Assembly (NCBI RefSeq): GCF_036971445.1 | Contig: NC_091477.1 | Location: 122,698,001 to 122,762,000 of the forward strand | Length of the DNA stretch: 64,000 nt | Origin: Narcine bancroftii | Taxonomy: Eukaryota | Direction of reading: 5' to 3' | Shown here: one piece after another, positions 13,087 through 25,333 of the stretch | Numbering within the stretch: position 1 is the stretch's first letter | How the letters are laid out: every line of letters starts with the position of its first letter | Notes under the pieces: generated by a model | Databases searched by the model: none | Seen by the model: only the letters and a program-made list of their open reading frames with translations | Told to the model about the DNA's origin: nothing | Position numbers and translations under genes: made by a program

Positions 13087-13420
13087 TTTGATAAAATATA
13101 TAGAGTGTATAGGTATGTTTTTGGGAGATAAATTGGGAAAGGTTTGTTAGAGTAGGTCACATACAAAGACTTTAAAGCAGATCTTATTTGAAATACTGGA
13201 GCTTCGACAGCTTTTACAGGAGCTTCAAAGAGTGGTCAAGAAATTTCACTAATGGATTGTTGTTTACAAAAGGTAACAGTTGAATCATAATCGTCAAAAT
13301 GCGAAGAAAGTACTAGACTCCTTCCATATTCAAGTCATGTAACAAAGGACATGTTGAGGGGTTTTCCTTACTTTACAGAGCTTTGTGGCATCTGGAAAAC
13401 ATGCTATGTGTTTTCTGGAA
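13087..13420 (+). mobile_element. LTR fragment, same family as 21959-22879 in the opposite orientation
   Basis: TTTGGGAGATAAATTGGGAAAG.TTTGTTAGAG.AGG.CACA and ATGGA.TGTTGTTT.CAAAAGG.AACA match the reverse complement of about 22720-22860. Confidence 0.7.
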
Positions 13421-13597
13421 GCGCCATTATTTTTGTCTCTTTCTTGTTCAAACTGGTGGCGTCACACCTTCAAGATGATTCTGCCATTAATGGCCGATGT
13501 ATGGCCACATATTGTAAGAATATTTTCTGAAGCATGTCAACGCAATTCAGGCATCTAATTATGTATATGTGATCAGAATCTAGATTTCAAAGTAAGA

Positions 13598-14012
13598 TTG
13601 AGCAGATTAGGTCTTTATTCCTGGGAGCGTAGAAGGTCGAGGGGGGATTTGATAGAGGTATTTAGGATTATGAGGTGGATAGATAAAGTTGACATGGATA
13701 GGCTTTTTCCCTTGAGGGTTGGAGAGATTGAAATGAGAGGTCATGAGTTAAGAGTTAAGGGGAAAAAGTTTAGAAGTAACATGAGGGGGAACTTCTTCAC
13801 TCAGAGAGTGGTGGCTGTATGGAATGAACTTCTGGGAGAAGTAGTGATGACAGGGTCCATTTTGTCATTTAAAGAAAAATTGTCTAGGTATATGGATGGG
13901 AGGGGAATGGAGGGTTATGGGTAGGGTGCAGGTAGGTGTGACTAGAGGAGAGTACTTGCTTCGGTGGAGACTAGAAGGGCCAAGATGGCCTATTTCCGTG
14001 CTATTTCCATGT
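13598..14012 (+). mobile_element. CR1 LINE 3' end, relatively well preserved
   Basis: ORF RLGLYSWERRRSRGDLIEVFRIMR...NFFTQRVVAVWNEL...FKEKLSRYM is the CR1 ORF2 C-terminus, followed by a tail ending TTCCATGTTCTAT. Confidence 0.9.
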
Positions 14013-14219
14013 TCTATATATACATATATATATAGGGAATAATGGGGCACTATCATGACCCCACCTGAAGGGAACAATGTGGAAGGGCTACTTCCATTGG
14101 GAGAGGTGGTCCCAAATTTATATACAGATTGTACTTTAAAGAGTGAGCCCAAATTGAGGCCTGAAAAGATCAAGGGAGAGGTGGGAGTCAATGAAGAATG
14201 TTGATCAGATTTCTATAGG

Positions 14220-15035
14220 GAAAGTGATCTGTGATGAACACCGGACTAAGAATGGTACAATATAATTTCATTCACCAATTATATTTCACACCACAAAAAT
14301 TACATAAGGAAAATCAGAGATATCAGAAATGTGCTTCAGGTGAGGGTTAGAAATTGGAACCTTTATACATTCCACATGGACCTGCGTGAAGGTGAGACAC
14401 ATTTGGTTGGAATGATCTTGTATATTAACTAGGATTACGGGTACTGACTTCCCACTGGATCTGGGGCTGTATTTATGGATGTGGGCAGAACATTAACTAA
14501 ATTCCAAATTAAATTTGTAGATATTCCCCTGTCAGTAACATAAAAATGCATTGCGATCGCGTGGAAGTCTGACTTCCCCTGCTTATTGCTTGATGGAACA
14601 TGGAGATGCATAACTGTGAGCCCAGAGAGAAAATTACATATAATTTAAGAAATAAATATGATAATTTTGCCAAAATATGGCAACCTTATCTAGAACCTTA
14701 TCTACAACTACAACTACAGCTCACAGTTCTAAAAAGCTAACAAAATACATAAAGACAACAGCAGGTGAAGAACCTGAAAGAGTGGAAGGTGATTAGAGAG
14801 ACCGGTGGGACATTGAATTTCTCTTTTTCTTTTAACCATTTTTCTTTTTGTTACTTTAATTGTTTTCATTGTTATTTAATTTTCAAAGTTCCAGAGTGGA
14901 GGGAAGGAAATTACATCGTGTTTGGATCTGAGAAGTGAATTATACTAAAAGAAAGTGTAAATATGTTAAAAAGGTTGTTTTTTTTTTCAGATGTGATACC
15001 ATGTTTGTTTTGTAAAATTGAAAAATAAAATTTAC
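14220..15035 (+). mobile_element. L1-clade LINE 3' fragment
   Basis: GTFIHSTWTC, KCIAIAWKS and EKITYNLRNKYDNFAKIWQPYL, followed by an AATAAA/A-rich end. Confidence 0.75.
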
Positions 15036-15074
15036 AGAAGTAACTGACCATTAACTCTATACTCAGCCTTTAGG

Positions 15075-15622
15075 CTTGACCTTCCAGAAATGCATCACCT
15101 CACACTTACAGGTATCTGGATTGAACTGCATCTGACTCTTCTTCACTCAACCCTGTATCCTATCTATATGCTGTTGTTACCACAAACCTCAACACTATCC
15201 TCAACTCCTCCAACCTTCATATCATCTGTAAATTTACTGACTCGTACTTTCACTTCTTCAGCTCAGGGTCCAGAGAGCAGGGTCCAGAACAGGTTCTTGC
15301 AGAAGTCCATTCATCACTGACCTCCAGGCAGAACAATTTCCACTCACTACTACATTTTGCTTTCTATGTGCAAGCCAATTCTGAATCCACAAAGTCCTCT
15401 CTTGGGGGACCTTGTCAAATGCCTCACTAAAATCTATATAGTCTATACCTACTGCCCTGCCTTCATTAATTTCTTTTATTTTAACTCTCAAAAAAACTCA
15501 ATCAGTATAGTGAGGCACAACCTTCTGCTCATAAAGCCACGCTGACTATCCTGTAGACTAAATCTCTCCAACTGCTCATAAATTCTATCCTTAAGAATCC
15601 TCTCCAATAGTTTTCACACCAC
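15075..15622 (-). mobile_element. CR1 RT fragment
   Basis: EGRAVGIDYIDFSEAFDKVP...WIQNWL..RKQNVVV.G. Confidence 0.8.
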
Positions 15623-15944
15623 TGGTGGTAAGGTTGAGGGTGAGATCCCTGACAATAAACAATCCAACCAAGTCCTCAACGGTGGAACAGGCAGATGGTT
15701 ACTTCAAACTCAACTGTTGTGAAGACAGACAAAAACTGCAACAAATCTATCAGCTCAAATTGTCGTGGAATCCACACCATGGAACTAATTGGTTGATTAT
15801 GAAGTATCTTATGCTTCTTGGGGTGCAACATCAAGTAGACGTTAAACAAATACACACACAGGGATCTTCACTTGGTGGGCTACTTTCCAAGATTGGACTC
15901 ATAACCCACTTGAGAGCCCCTAGGAAGGAAGACTATCATCATAT

Positions 15945-16615
15945 AACCATTTACAGCACAGAAACAGGCCAATTTGGCCCCACTAGTCCATGCCAAACAT
16001 CTTCTCCCACCTCATCCCACTGACCCGTATTTGGCCCATAACTCTCCATGAGCTTTTCCCATTCATATACCTATCCAAACTTACCTTGAATATTAACATC
16101 GATCTCGCTTCTACTGCCATTGCTGGAAGATCATTCCATACCCCCACCACCCTCTGCATGGAGAAATTCCCCCTTTTACTCTCAATCCATGCCCTCTTGT
16201 TTGAATCTCCCTCCCCCCCCCCCCTCAGTGGAAAATGCCTGCCCACAATGACTCTATCTTTCCCCCTTATCCTCAACCTTTTACGCTCCAGGGAATAAAG
16301 TCCTAGCCTTGCTGAACCATTCCCTGTAACTCAAACCATGTCAACATTCTCATAAATCTGCTCTGCCCTCTCTCTATATTGTTTATATCCTTCCTGTAAT
16401 TTGGTGACCAAAACTGCACACAATATTCCAAATTTGGCCTCATCAATACCTTATACAATTTCAACATTACATCCCAACTCCTGTGTTCTATATTCTGATT
16501 TATGAAAGCCAACGTACTAAATGCCTTCTTCACCACCCTATCCACATGTGATTCAACTTTCAGAGAATTATGTACTGAGTCTTAAATCCCTTTGTTCCAC
16601 TGCTCTTCTCAGTAC
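15945..16615 (-). mobile_element. CR1 LINE 3' fragment
   Basis: DRVVKKAFSTLAFI...LYKVLMRPNLEYCVQFWSPNYRKD and QRVVGVWNDLP. Confidence 0.85.
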
Positions 16616-16649
16616 TCTCATCCTTGACCTCGAGGGTCACGACGATGAG

Positions 16650-17560
16650 CATCTAATTCACATGACCCTTGCTGTTTCCTGCTTCCTAGATCCATTTATG
16701 CTTCCTTCTTCCTCTTAACCAGCTGCCTCGCCAGTTTTGTCAACCACTGTTCCATTTCCCTACCATCTTTTTACTGTCTCAGTGGCACAAATCTATCCAG
16801 AACCCCTGGACAAGTGGCCCCTAAATACCTTGAAAATGTCTTGTTCAGTTCTTCATCTGGACTTGTGATACTAAAACCCGTCAAAATGGAATGGAATGTA
16901 AACAATTAATGTTTGGACAATGTGAAAGAGACCAGGTGAATATGCAAATGTAGGCTTGAGTTTAATATTAATAATAGGCAATTCATGGCCAGAGGCAGGT
17001 TGGACAATGGCGATCTTTGTCAGTGTTTGGGCACTTCCCAATTTAATTCTTCTCATCTTGCACTTCCTGCCTTGTTTGCCAATTTAGATTGGAGTTGACC
17101 TTGAAAATGAACACTAAGTAATGAAGTGAACCAACAGCAAAGTAATACAGACATTGGCGAGATGCTGGTGGATATCTGAGGTAATGTGAGGTACATAATA
17201 ACAAACCAAACTGACTGTTTCAGTCCAAACAGGACATTCTGTATTGCGATAATGATTCAGCAAGGTTATCCCCCAAAAAGAAAAGAAACCGGCTGTATTA
17301 ATGTGCAACATTTAAAATCCAAGTTGTTGACATTGTTTCAGTATTGCAGAACGCTCCTTTGTTAATTGTTTCTGGCAAGTCAGTGGAAACTTTGGAAGAA
17401 TTTAACATGATCCATTGATCAGCAATAACTAAATCCCAGGAACGTTCGTAAACTGTGGCCAAAATAGTGAAGAAAATGTGGAAGATTCTTCAACAGTGCC
17501 AAGCAAATCATTTAGGAGGAAAATATGGTCAAGTTAGTTTTTTAAAGAACATGGGATTAA
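16650..17560 (-). mobile_element. Old non-LTR retrotransposon fragment (RTE-like)
   Basis: Heavily decayed coding-like sequence resembling the C-terminal region of RTE-clade ORFs. Clade assignment is tentative. Confidence 0.4.
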
Positions 17561-17639
17561 AATCAATCATAGAAACTCTCAGAAAAATTGGTTATTTTAT
17601 ATTTTAAAAAGAACCAAAAGATTTCCCCTCAGTCTTTGA

Positions 17640-18395
17640 CTCTCCAAGGAATAAAGTCTTATCCTCTTCAACCTTTTCCTATAACGCTGATCTTTGTCCC
17701 AGGAGCATCCTTGGAAATCATCTCCACATATTTTTCAATCATATTGATATCTTTTGTGTAGATAGTTGACCAGAACTGCACACCATACTCCAAATTTACA
17801 CTCACCAATGGTATACTTCACCATGACATCTCTACTCAATATTTACGAAGGCCAACCTGCCAAAAGCTTTCTTTTCAACACAATCTACTTTTGCTGTCAT
17901 TTACAAAGAATGGTGTATCTGTATTAACTACAGGAAAAACGTAAATGCTTTGGAGAATGTGGAGAGAAGAATTACCAGGACATTCCCTGGATTGCAGAGC
18001 ATGTCATCTGAAGCAAGGCATTTTTTCTGCAGCATTGAAGGATGACGACCTACATATGAGAGGCTTAGATAGGTGGACAGCTAGCACCTATTACCTGGGG
18101 TGACAATAGCAAATACCAGAGGGCATCTATACGAGATGAAGGGAGGAAGGATGGGGGGGGGGGGTAATGTTTTCTAACAGAGAGCGGTGGGTGCTTGGAA
18201 TCCATTGAGGGCGGTGGTGGGGGAGGCTGGTATAATAGGGATATTTCAAAGGCTCTGAGACAGGCAGATGGATGTAAGAAAAATAGAGGGTTATGGGTGT
18301 GAGGTGGGGAAAATTTTGGATTCGGTTTACAGGGATTGGCACAACATCGTGGGCTGAAAGGCCTGTACTGTGCTGTAATGTTTTATGTTTTATGT
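17640..18395. mobile_element. Two CR1 fragments head-to-head (17640-17920 minus; 17945-18395 plus)
   Basis: Minus part contains GACCAGAACTGCACA (CVQFWS reversed). Plus part contains the RVVGAWN motif and a CTGTACTGTGCTGTAATGTT tail. Confidence 0.7.
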
Positions 18396-18707
18396 AATTC
18401 AAGATCCTTATGCTCTGCCACACTCCGCAGTTACCTCAGGTTTACTGCACAAGTCCTGCCTTGGTTCGGCCTCCCAAGGTTCAACACCTCACACTTTCCT
18501 ACATTAAATTCCTTCTGGATTTTTTGGCCTATTTTCCCAGGTGGTCCAAATTCCTCTGATTTTTTAAAATTCCAAAATACATATTTCTTATCCAGGTGTA
18601 GGAGGTTCAATAAAATTAGATTTTACTCCATTTGTTCCTGGGTGCATCCCCCATGGAGGCCACGCACAATTTCAAGATAATCTGCTCAATTGCGAATAAC
18701 ATGGAAT

Positions 18708-19004
18708 TGTGGTGGCACGCCATTAGACAGGTGAACCAGCCCCGCATGTCACGCACGTGGTGGGGCAGCCGGCCAAAATGGCGCTGCCAGGGGTTTCTCC
18801 CCGACCTTGGCACCAGGCTCAGAAGCCCGCGCTCTGCGGCCCACGTGACACCCCGGCGACATCAGGGCCCCGGCGCGGTTCTCAGCCAGGTCCAGGCTTG
18901 GAGCATAAGACCAGCCAGGCACACCTCAATAAATGAGTTTTTGCTCACTGAACTCAACCCTTTGGCCATGAGATCATTCAGCAACCAGAGTAGCTGCTGC
19001 TATA
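18708..19004 (+). mobile_element. Solo LTR (Gypsy-like), 297 bp, 4-bp TSD GAAT
   Basis: Begins TGTGGTGG and ends GCTGCTATA (likely CA>TA). GAAT at 18704-18707 and 19005-19008. AATAAA at 18928. CpG-rich interior. Confidence 0.75.
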
Positions 19005-19689
19005 GAATTGCAATTTTCCTTTGTCCTTGTGTTAGTTTTCTTTCATTTCGCTTATATTTTTTTGGGGTGTTAAAGCTGCCAAGGTCAACGTGTACCCCAC
19101 CCCCACCCCCACCCCACCCCCCACCCCCACCCCCCCCCCCCCCCGCTTCCAAATGTGTGTATTATCCATTCTCGAGTTTACCTGTGTCAAAATGCTCCTG
19201 GTTCCTTGGTTGCTGGAGCTCGAGGCTTAACCCTTGACTCGTTTTTGCTGTGTTCCAGCAGATCTCTCAATCTTAATACAAACTGGCGTTAGTTTGGAAG
19301 GCGAGTTTCTCACCCACGAGCATGTTGCAATCCAATGGTAAAGATGTTTTCACCCAATGTGCAATGAAGCCCACGGACACTTCATGTTAGCCAACCTTGG
19401 AATGGCTACCAATGAAGCATTTCCAACGCAACGCACTGCAAGAGGTCGGTGATGTCCCCAAATTATTACAATGTTCCAAGTATTACAGTTGTCCCAACCA
19501 AGCGTTCGGCGGAATTAGCGGTCTTTGGTTAACAGGGTCGAGCAGGAAGAAGCCACTCCGTCGTCCGTTCAATGATTTATCAACCAGAGACCTGAAGATT
19601 CATGAACAGCAGATCTCTCAATGAAGAGGCGAGGCGTGGCGACAGGACTCGGTTCAACCGGCCCATTCATTACTTGGGTGAGTGTTGTG

Positions 19690-20350
19690 TGACACAGCTC
19701 AAGTGCAAGGGGAAAGTGCACGTTAAATGGCAGGATTTACGATGTGCAGAGGGATTGGGAATCCAAGTCCATGGTTCCTTGAAAGTGGCCACGGAAGTAG
19801 ATGGGATGGCGACGAAGGCGTCTGGTTTGCTTGGCTTCATGAGACAGGGCACTGCGGATAATAAGGTCACAGCTATTGAACGCTTCGGTTGGAAGACTAT
19901 TGTGTGAAATTCTGGTCGCTTCGTTGCAGGAAGGGCGTGGGGGTGGGGGGGGGGGGTTGGAAAGGGCACAGAATGATTTAGCAGGATATTTGCTTGGATT
20001 AAAAGGCATGAGCTTCAAAGAGAGGTTGGATTTTTTCTCAATCCTGTGAGGCTGAGGGAGGCGTCGTTGGCATTGATCAAATTATGGGAGGCGTTGTTGG
20101 AGTAGACGGTCAGGATCGTCCTCCAGGGCAAACGTGTTACCTGAGGGAATGCATTTAAAATGGGGGGGGGGGAGTTAAAGGAGATGTGCGGGGCGAGCGG
20201 TGGGTGCCTCGAACAGGGTAGTGGTGGAAGCAGATACAAGAAAGGCGCAGGTAGATTCAGGGAATGGAGGATATTTGCCAGATGCAAGCAGCAGAGTTTT
20301 AGATCAGGTTGGGCACAGACATCGGGGCCTGAGGCCGTTCCTCCGCCGTA
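19690..20350 (+). mobile_element. CR1 fragment with unusually many CpGs
   Basis: LGIQVHGSLKVATEVDGMATKASGLLGFM followed by CR1 3'-end motifs. Confidence 0.75.
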
Positions 20351-20947
20351 CCGTATTCTATCTCACAAACGTTCATCACTGGTGACGAACTCGCAACCTG
20401 CGCTGAACTGCTGCGGTTTTATGGAGGCCAGATCACCTGCATCCCTGGTTGACAGAGGACGCTCACGATGGCGCTTGTGTCACACACCACTGGGCAAGTT
20501 GGAAATCGATGCCTCGAGTAGCGCGATTTTTTCCAAACCAGGATCAAGTCGGGAATGTTTTGAAATGTTATTTTAAATTTATTTACTACACTGTAGAAGC
20601 CGATCCCTGCATTGAACCCGGTGCAGCCCAATTACACACAATTAACCTACCGAGCTGATAGATCTGATAAGTTCAATATGAGACGAATTCCACCCATTAG
20701 GAACTCTCTCTCTCTCTCTCGATTCAAATGCTTCTCGCGGCGTCCAACGATTACGGGAAACCTGCAGACGTTGTGGTGATAGTGCAATGTCCAAAGTGCT
20801 GGAGAAACTCAGCAGGTCAATGGGAAGTCAAGAGCGGTCAACGTGTCGGGCCGAAGTCCAGACCGTGTCGGGTTGGAATGATCTGGAGTCTCTTTAATTT
20901 ACATGCAACTTTCATTTTGCAGAGTCGAGTGTAGCTGAAGATGCTGA

Positions 20948-21400
20948 ATGTCCCAACGCAATGACCAGCCAGATCATTTCCCCGACCCTTTTATCTCCTC
21001 CCCACTGATGGCAGCTTCTGTTAACAAGCAGCAAGTCAACGATGCAGATTCACCTGCCCTTGCAAATACGCCAAAGGTTGCACTGGGGGAGTCAGTCGAC
21101 AGAAATGGTCGCGGGGAGTTGGTGATAAAGGAACGGGGCTCAGCGATTCAGCGGCAGGATCGGGAAGCGACCCCGCATTTCGCTGAACATGCAAGGGCTC
21201 CGAGGTCGGAGCCACCGCCTTCCGCGGAATATCTGTGCCACGTCGAAGCCGCGGAGGCCACTCTCTTGCGCGTCGCCGAGAAGATGGGTGAATGGGAGGA
21301 GAAAATTGCCTGCATCTCGAATATATTACAGCAAGTTTGCTGCCACTTGAAGCCCACAGAGACCAACGAGATATCCGAACACACCGGGGACAACATCTGA
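20948..21400 (+). CDS. Orphan 150-aa ORF with a predicted C-terminal helix/coiled coil, possible exon of an unannotated gene
   Basis: Non-repetitive, CpG-retaining ORF preceded by acceptor TTTCATTTTGCAG| (exon start 20923, with an in-frame TGA before the ATG). No family recognised. Confidence 0.4.
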   Translation: MSQRNDQPDHFPDPFISSPLMAASVNKQQVNDADSPALANTPKVALGESVDRNGRGELVIKERGSAIQRQDREATPHFAEHARAPRSEPPPSAEYLCHVEAAEATLLRVAEKMGEWEEKIACISNILQQVCCHLKPTETNEISEHTGDNI

Positions 21401-21444
21401 AGACGTGCAGTTCCTCAACCAGTCTCGACACTACAGACATCCTT

Positions 21445-21718
21445 TTTTTTTTTATTTTTCAAACCATAAACCACATTGACCATGATACATACATTTTCCT
21501 TTTCAAATATATACAGTGCCATTTTCTCCCCCCTCCCTCCTCCCATCCCACCCTCCCTACCTCCCCCCCCCCATCCATTTAAAGTACAAAATCTAAGATA
21601 CATTAAACCAGACAAACAATGTTGTCATTCAATAAAAATAAACAAGAAATTCCACTGAGTCAATTCTTTTCATTTCCTTCTCCTTTCGTTAATTTAGGTG
21701 GTGAATGTCCCCGGTAGG
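21445..21718 (-). mobile_element. 5'-truncated LINE (L1-type) 3' end with about 12-bp TSD
   Basis: Poly-T with TTTATT at the left end. ACAGACATCCTT is duplicated at 21433-21444 and 21719-21730. Confidence 0.8.
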
Positions 21719-21958
21719 ACAGACATCCTTGAGAGGGGGGTAGCAATACTTGCATGTTAATCCTTTGGACTCCGTGTCCCGCTTTTCAGGAACTACCAAC
21801 AAGTGTTCCCGTTTTCGGGGATTGGTTCTGTACCCAACCTTCGAACTATGGACCCAGTCCGGAGTACATATTATGAACGGTTAAAATGGCCTGAGTTCAA
21901 AGGGTTAAGGAACTTTGATAACTTACACTACAAGTACTTCATACAGTGGAATCATAAG

Positions 21959-22553
21959 TAAAATAATGTCCAGAGGACCCCACAACCCAGAAGCAACAGA
22001 CATGCACCACGACAAAGGGTTACTTAAACAAACGTTGCTTTTAATGATCTTTGAACGTGAAAATAGAATCAAACTTTATCTTATCTCCATTGACTCACTT
22101 AAACCACTCATTTAACCCCCTTCTAATTCTAAGCGCACTTGTGTGTAATGTGTCTTGTCAGTTCAGCAAAGTTCTTTGGTTCACAGTCCAATCTCACTGT
22201 TTGCAGGCAATTCTTGTACTGTGCACAGAAGTTAACATTAATAAAATTCACCAGGCTTTGGTGCTTAACAGGTAATGGTTACCTCTCAGAAGGGTTCTTG
22301 TTGGTTTTTAGAGAGTTTTCTTGTTCCAGGACATCCACAACTGATTCCTTTTTAGTCAGCCGTTCCAGTGTCTGACTGATGAAACTTGTCCCCTTCAGGG
22401 TTCTCCAGATGATAACCTCTTTCTTTCAGGTCACCAGTGAGTTCCTTTCTGCTTCTTCAAATCCAAGGAAAACACCAGACAGCCGGTCCTCTCCTTTGAC
22501 CAGGCCGTCTTCAAAAACTTTCCAGTTTGTCCCTCTGGATCTGATGTCTGTGA

Positions 22554-22610
<57 letters not shown>

Positions 22611-22879
22611 AACTCTGAGAGCAAAGTCTCTTTTTTCTCTGCTCTCTACCTGCAAAGATCACATGACCCTCCAGACAGCAAGTTCTGGTTTCCAGAAAAA
22701 TTTGCCTCTGCATGTTCTTACATTTGTTGCCTTTTGCAAACAACAGTCCATCATAAGTCTCTGAGCACTCTTGCAAAAGCTCCTGCAAAAAAAATCTGTG
22801 TTTAAAGTGTTTATGTGTGGCCTGCTCTAACAAAACTTTCCCAATTTATCTCCCAAACACCAATATATACTCTGTCACA
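21959..22879. mobile_element. Solo LTR (about 920 bp) with internal (CT)n, 4-bp TSD TAAG
   Basis: Ends CTGTCACA. TAAG at 21955-21958 and 22880-22883. Homologous fragment at 13087-13420. (CT)n at about 22558-22604. Confidence 0.65.
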
Positions 22880-23126
22880 TAAGGCACAAAATTGGAGCTT
22901 TCATTTATGGTGGAAATAAATGGGATGCTGTTTTATCCAAAGGGCAAAACATTCTTTGGGTCCCAGAACTATTTTGACGTGTGGAACAAATCAATTCTTG
23001 TAGAGTGAGTTCTGTGTATTTCTATCCAGCCTGGGCATAAATGACTACAGAGAAGAAGGTTAAATGAAGTTGAAGTGTGTGAGAACCACAACTGTATGGA
23101 ATGACAGGAGTGTTCGAGGCGGTGGC

Positions 23127-23240
23127 CAGTGGTTCTCAACCTTTTACTTTAAGTAATCCCTATGGCATCGGTGCTCTGTGATTAGTAAGGGATTGGTTAA
23201 GGTGGTATGTGGGTTGAAAGAAAAAGGTTGAGAACCACTG
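23127..23240. mobile_element. hAT (Charlie-like) MITE, 114 bp
   Basis: 19-bp perfect TIRs CAGTGGTTCTCAACCTTTT ... AAAAGGTTGAGAACCACTG. Related copies at 35528-35891, about 55900-55975 and about 56835-56910. Confidence 0.8.
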
Positions 23241-24149
23241 TTTTAAATCAATAATAAAGCAGAGAGACATTCCTCATCATTGTTTAAATCAAAGCATCAT
23301 TGGGATATCCATGAGATCCGTTGTCCAATGAGACAGAATTGAGTTGACGTGGCTATTCCAGTCAATCACCACTCTGCGTACCTGATCTCACAGAGGAACT
23401 CAAAGAATAATAGCTTTTAGGTACAATTAAAACTAAATTGGATAGTAGAAAAGTCCTGCACTGTATTTGTCAGTAGTCTTGGAAAGAAGTGCTGAGACCT
23501 TTATAATGTGGCCTCTTTCTCTTTGGAGCCTATTAATTCCTCTTCTCAATGGAAGAGATAACTTCGGCAACTCAAATGACATGCATACTGTGAGAACCTT
23601 TTAATCCTGGCATTCTGCATTTCGGAACCGCTCCAGTATATATATTAATCAATTTGCTGCCTTAAGGAAGTAAATTTATAAGACAATTTGCTCTGTCAAA
23701 TTCACAATAGGATTGGTTTCCTGAAACATATATCTGTAAATATTTTTCTCTTTCATTATTTAAATGCTATAGGAAGGGAAGGTAACAGCTGAAGATGAAT
23801 TCTCTGTTGCAATTGTCAAATTTAAATCAGCGGTATCTCAGATTCATGCTGGAAAGTCCAACTCAAGACAGTTAATCTTTGCTATTGTTAATTTCAAAAG
23901 TGCCTGTTGGGTTGAAACAAGTAAGAATTCGGATGTGCCTGTACAGTGAACGCGTGTGTACACATTGCCTAAACTTCCATCTCTTGCTGTTCTTCTACCT
24001 GTATTTCAATTGGTCGGCAGGGGGCGCTGGGATCTCTACAAACGGAGAAATGTTCAGTACGGCTGGCCGTTCGGCCCTCCATGTCCATGCTGACCATGAT
24101 GCCCTATGGGAAGGGCAGTACTGAGGAAACATCCACTGTGGGGGGGGGC

Positions 24150-25200
24150 AGTATTGAGGGGGGGGGGTTCACCAAGTACCCTCCATGGTGGGACGTGCTA
24201 GCCCTATTCTTCCTTCACTGGGGTTGCTTCCTACAAGAAGGGGCATGGCTCCCAGTGGTGAATATCAGTGATGGTGGAGCTGCCCGTGTTTTACCGGGAG
24301 CTATGTGGATCTGGGGCTTGGTGTCTACCGGAGAGGGTGGGCTCTGTCCCGCAGCTATGGGCATCAAGAGGGCTCGGGGGGAGGGTGCGGGTCAAGTAGA
24401 CGCGGCTGTGCTGAGCCTCGATCAGCCGGGGGTGCTCGTCGGACCCAAAGCCCGACAGGTTTTGTGGGGGACGGTCCGGGACAACATGAACCACCTCCTG
24501 GCGTCTTGCGCTGCGCCATTCCGGGATGAGCCAAAGCTGTTCCTCTCACTTTTCCCTTCCTCGCCCTCGCCAGTCGTCCAGGCGCACTGTGGCAGTCTGC
24601 TTTACTGGCCGGCATTAAGGCAATCCCCAGTGGAGGCTCCTGTGGGCAGGAGTCCTCCCCTTTCCATCGGTGACCTGTGCTGCACCGAGCAGCGCCACGG
24701 AACCGCTTCATGAATCAGTTCATCGACACCCCGCTCCTGATCCACGGCCGCCCGGTGAGGAAGGGGGCTGGGTGTTCAGTGGATCTCCTTGTGGCCTTAC
24801 TGTGGGGGTTGGTGAAACTAGCCATTCACGGCTCGAGGATGCGGGCAGTTGAGGGGGTCTCCCCACCCCAGTCAACTCTCCCCAGCTGACTGCCTGCCTG
24901 TCTTTCGGGGTTTTGTCCGGGCGCTGCGGTGCTGGAGCCCGAAGGGATGGTGGCTGAGTTCTGGGAACGATCTCCCCCCCACCACCCCCCCTCCCACCCA
25001 GGGGATCATGTGTGTGATATAAGATGAAAATTAATTTGATGTGTAATACCGTGTAATGGAGAAGGTGGCCATGATTACTGCTTCTCACGGATTTGTTGCT
25101 ACATCTTATGGTGGTTTTTGGTTTTAGTTGGAGCTCCGTGTGTGTTTTGTGTTTGTAATGTTGTAGGTTGAATACAGTTTGTGAGTTTATTTTAAAAAAG
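24150..25200 (+). mobile_element. Tx1-like non-LTR retrotransposon 3' fragment
   Basis: GC-rich. LHRA..RNRF..F.DTPLLIHG...DLLVALLWGLVKLAIHGSR resembles Tx1-type ORF2 C-termini; the zinc knuckle appears deleted. GT-rich 3' UTR. Confidence 0.65.
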
Positions 25201-25296
25201 GGGCAATTCTAGGGGAACTTTACACAGTGGGAGGGGCAGTAGTGAGGGAGCTCCCTCGAGAAAGTGTGCCCCCTCTCCAAATACTTAGGATCCCAC

Positions 25297-25333
<37 letters not shown>

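Noticed and set aside
18632-19237. 201-aa proline-rich ORF
   Set aside because: Spans the solo LTR and a (CCCCA)n/poly-C tract; compositional artefact.
24081-24713. 210-aa ORF as a host gene
   Set aside because: Lies within a decayed Tx1-like retrotransposon.
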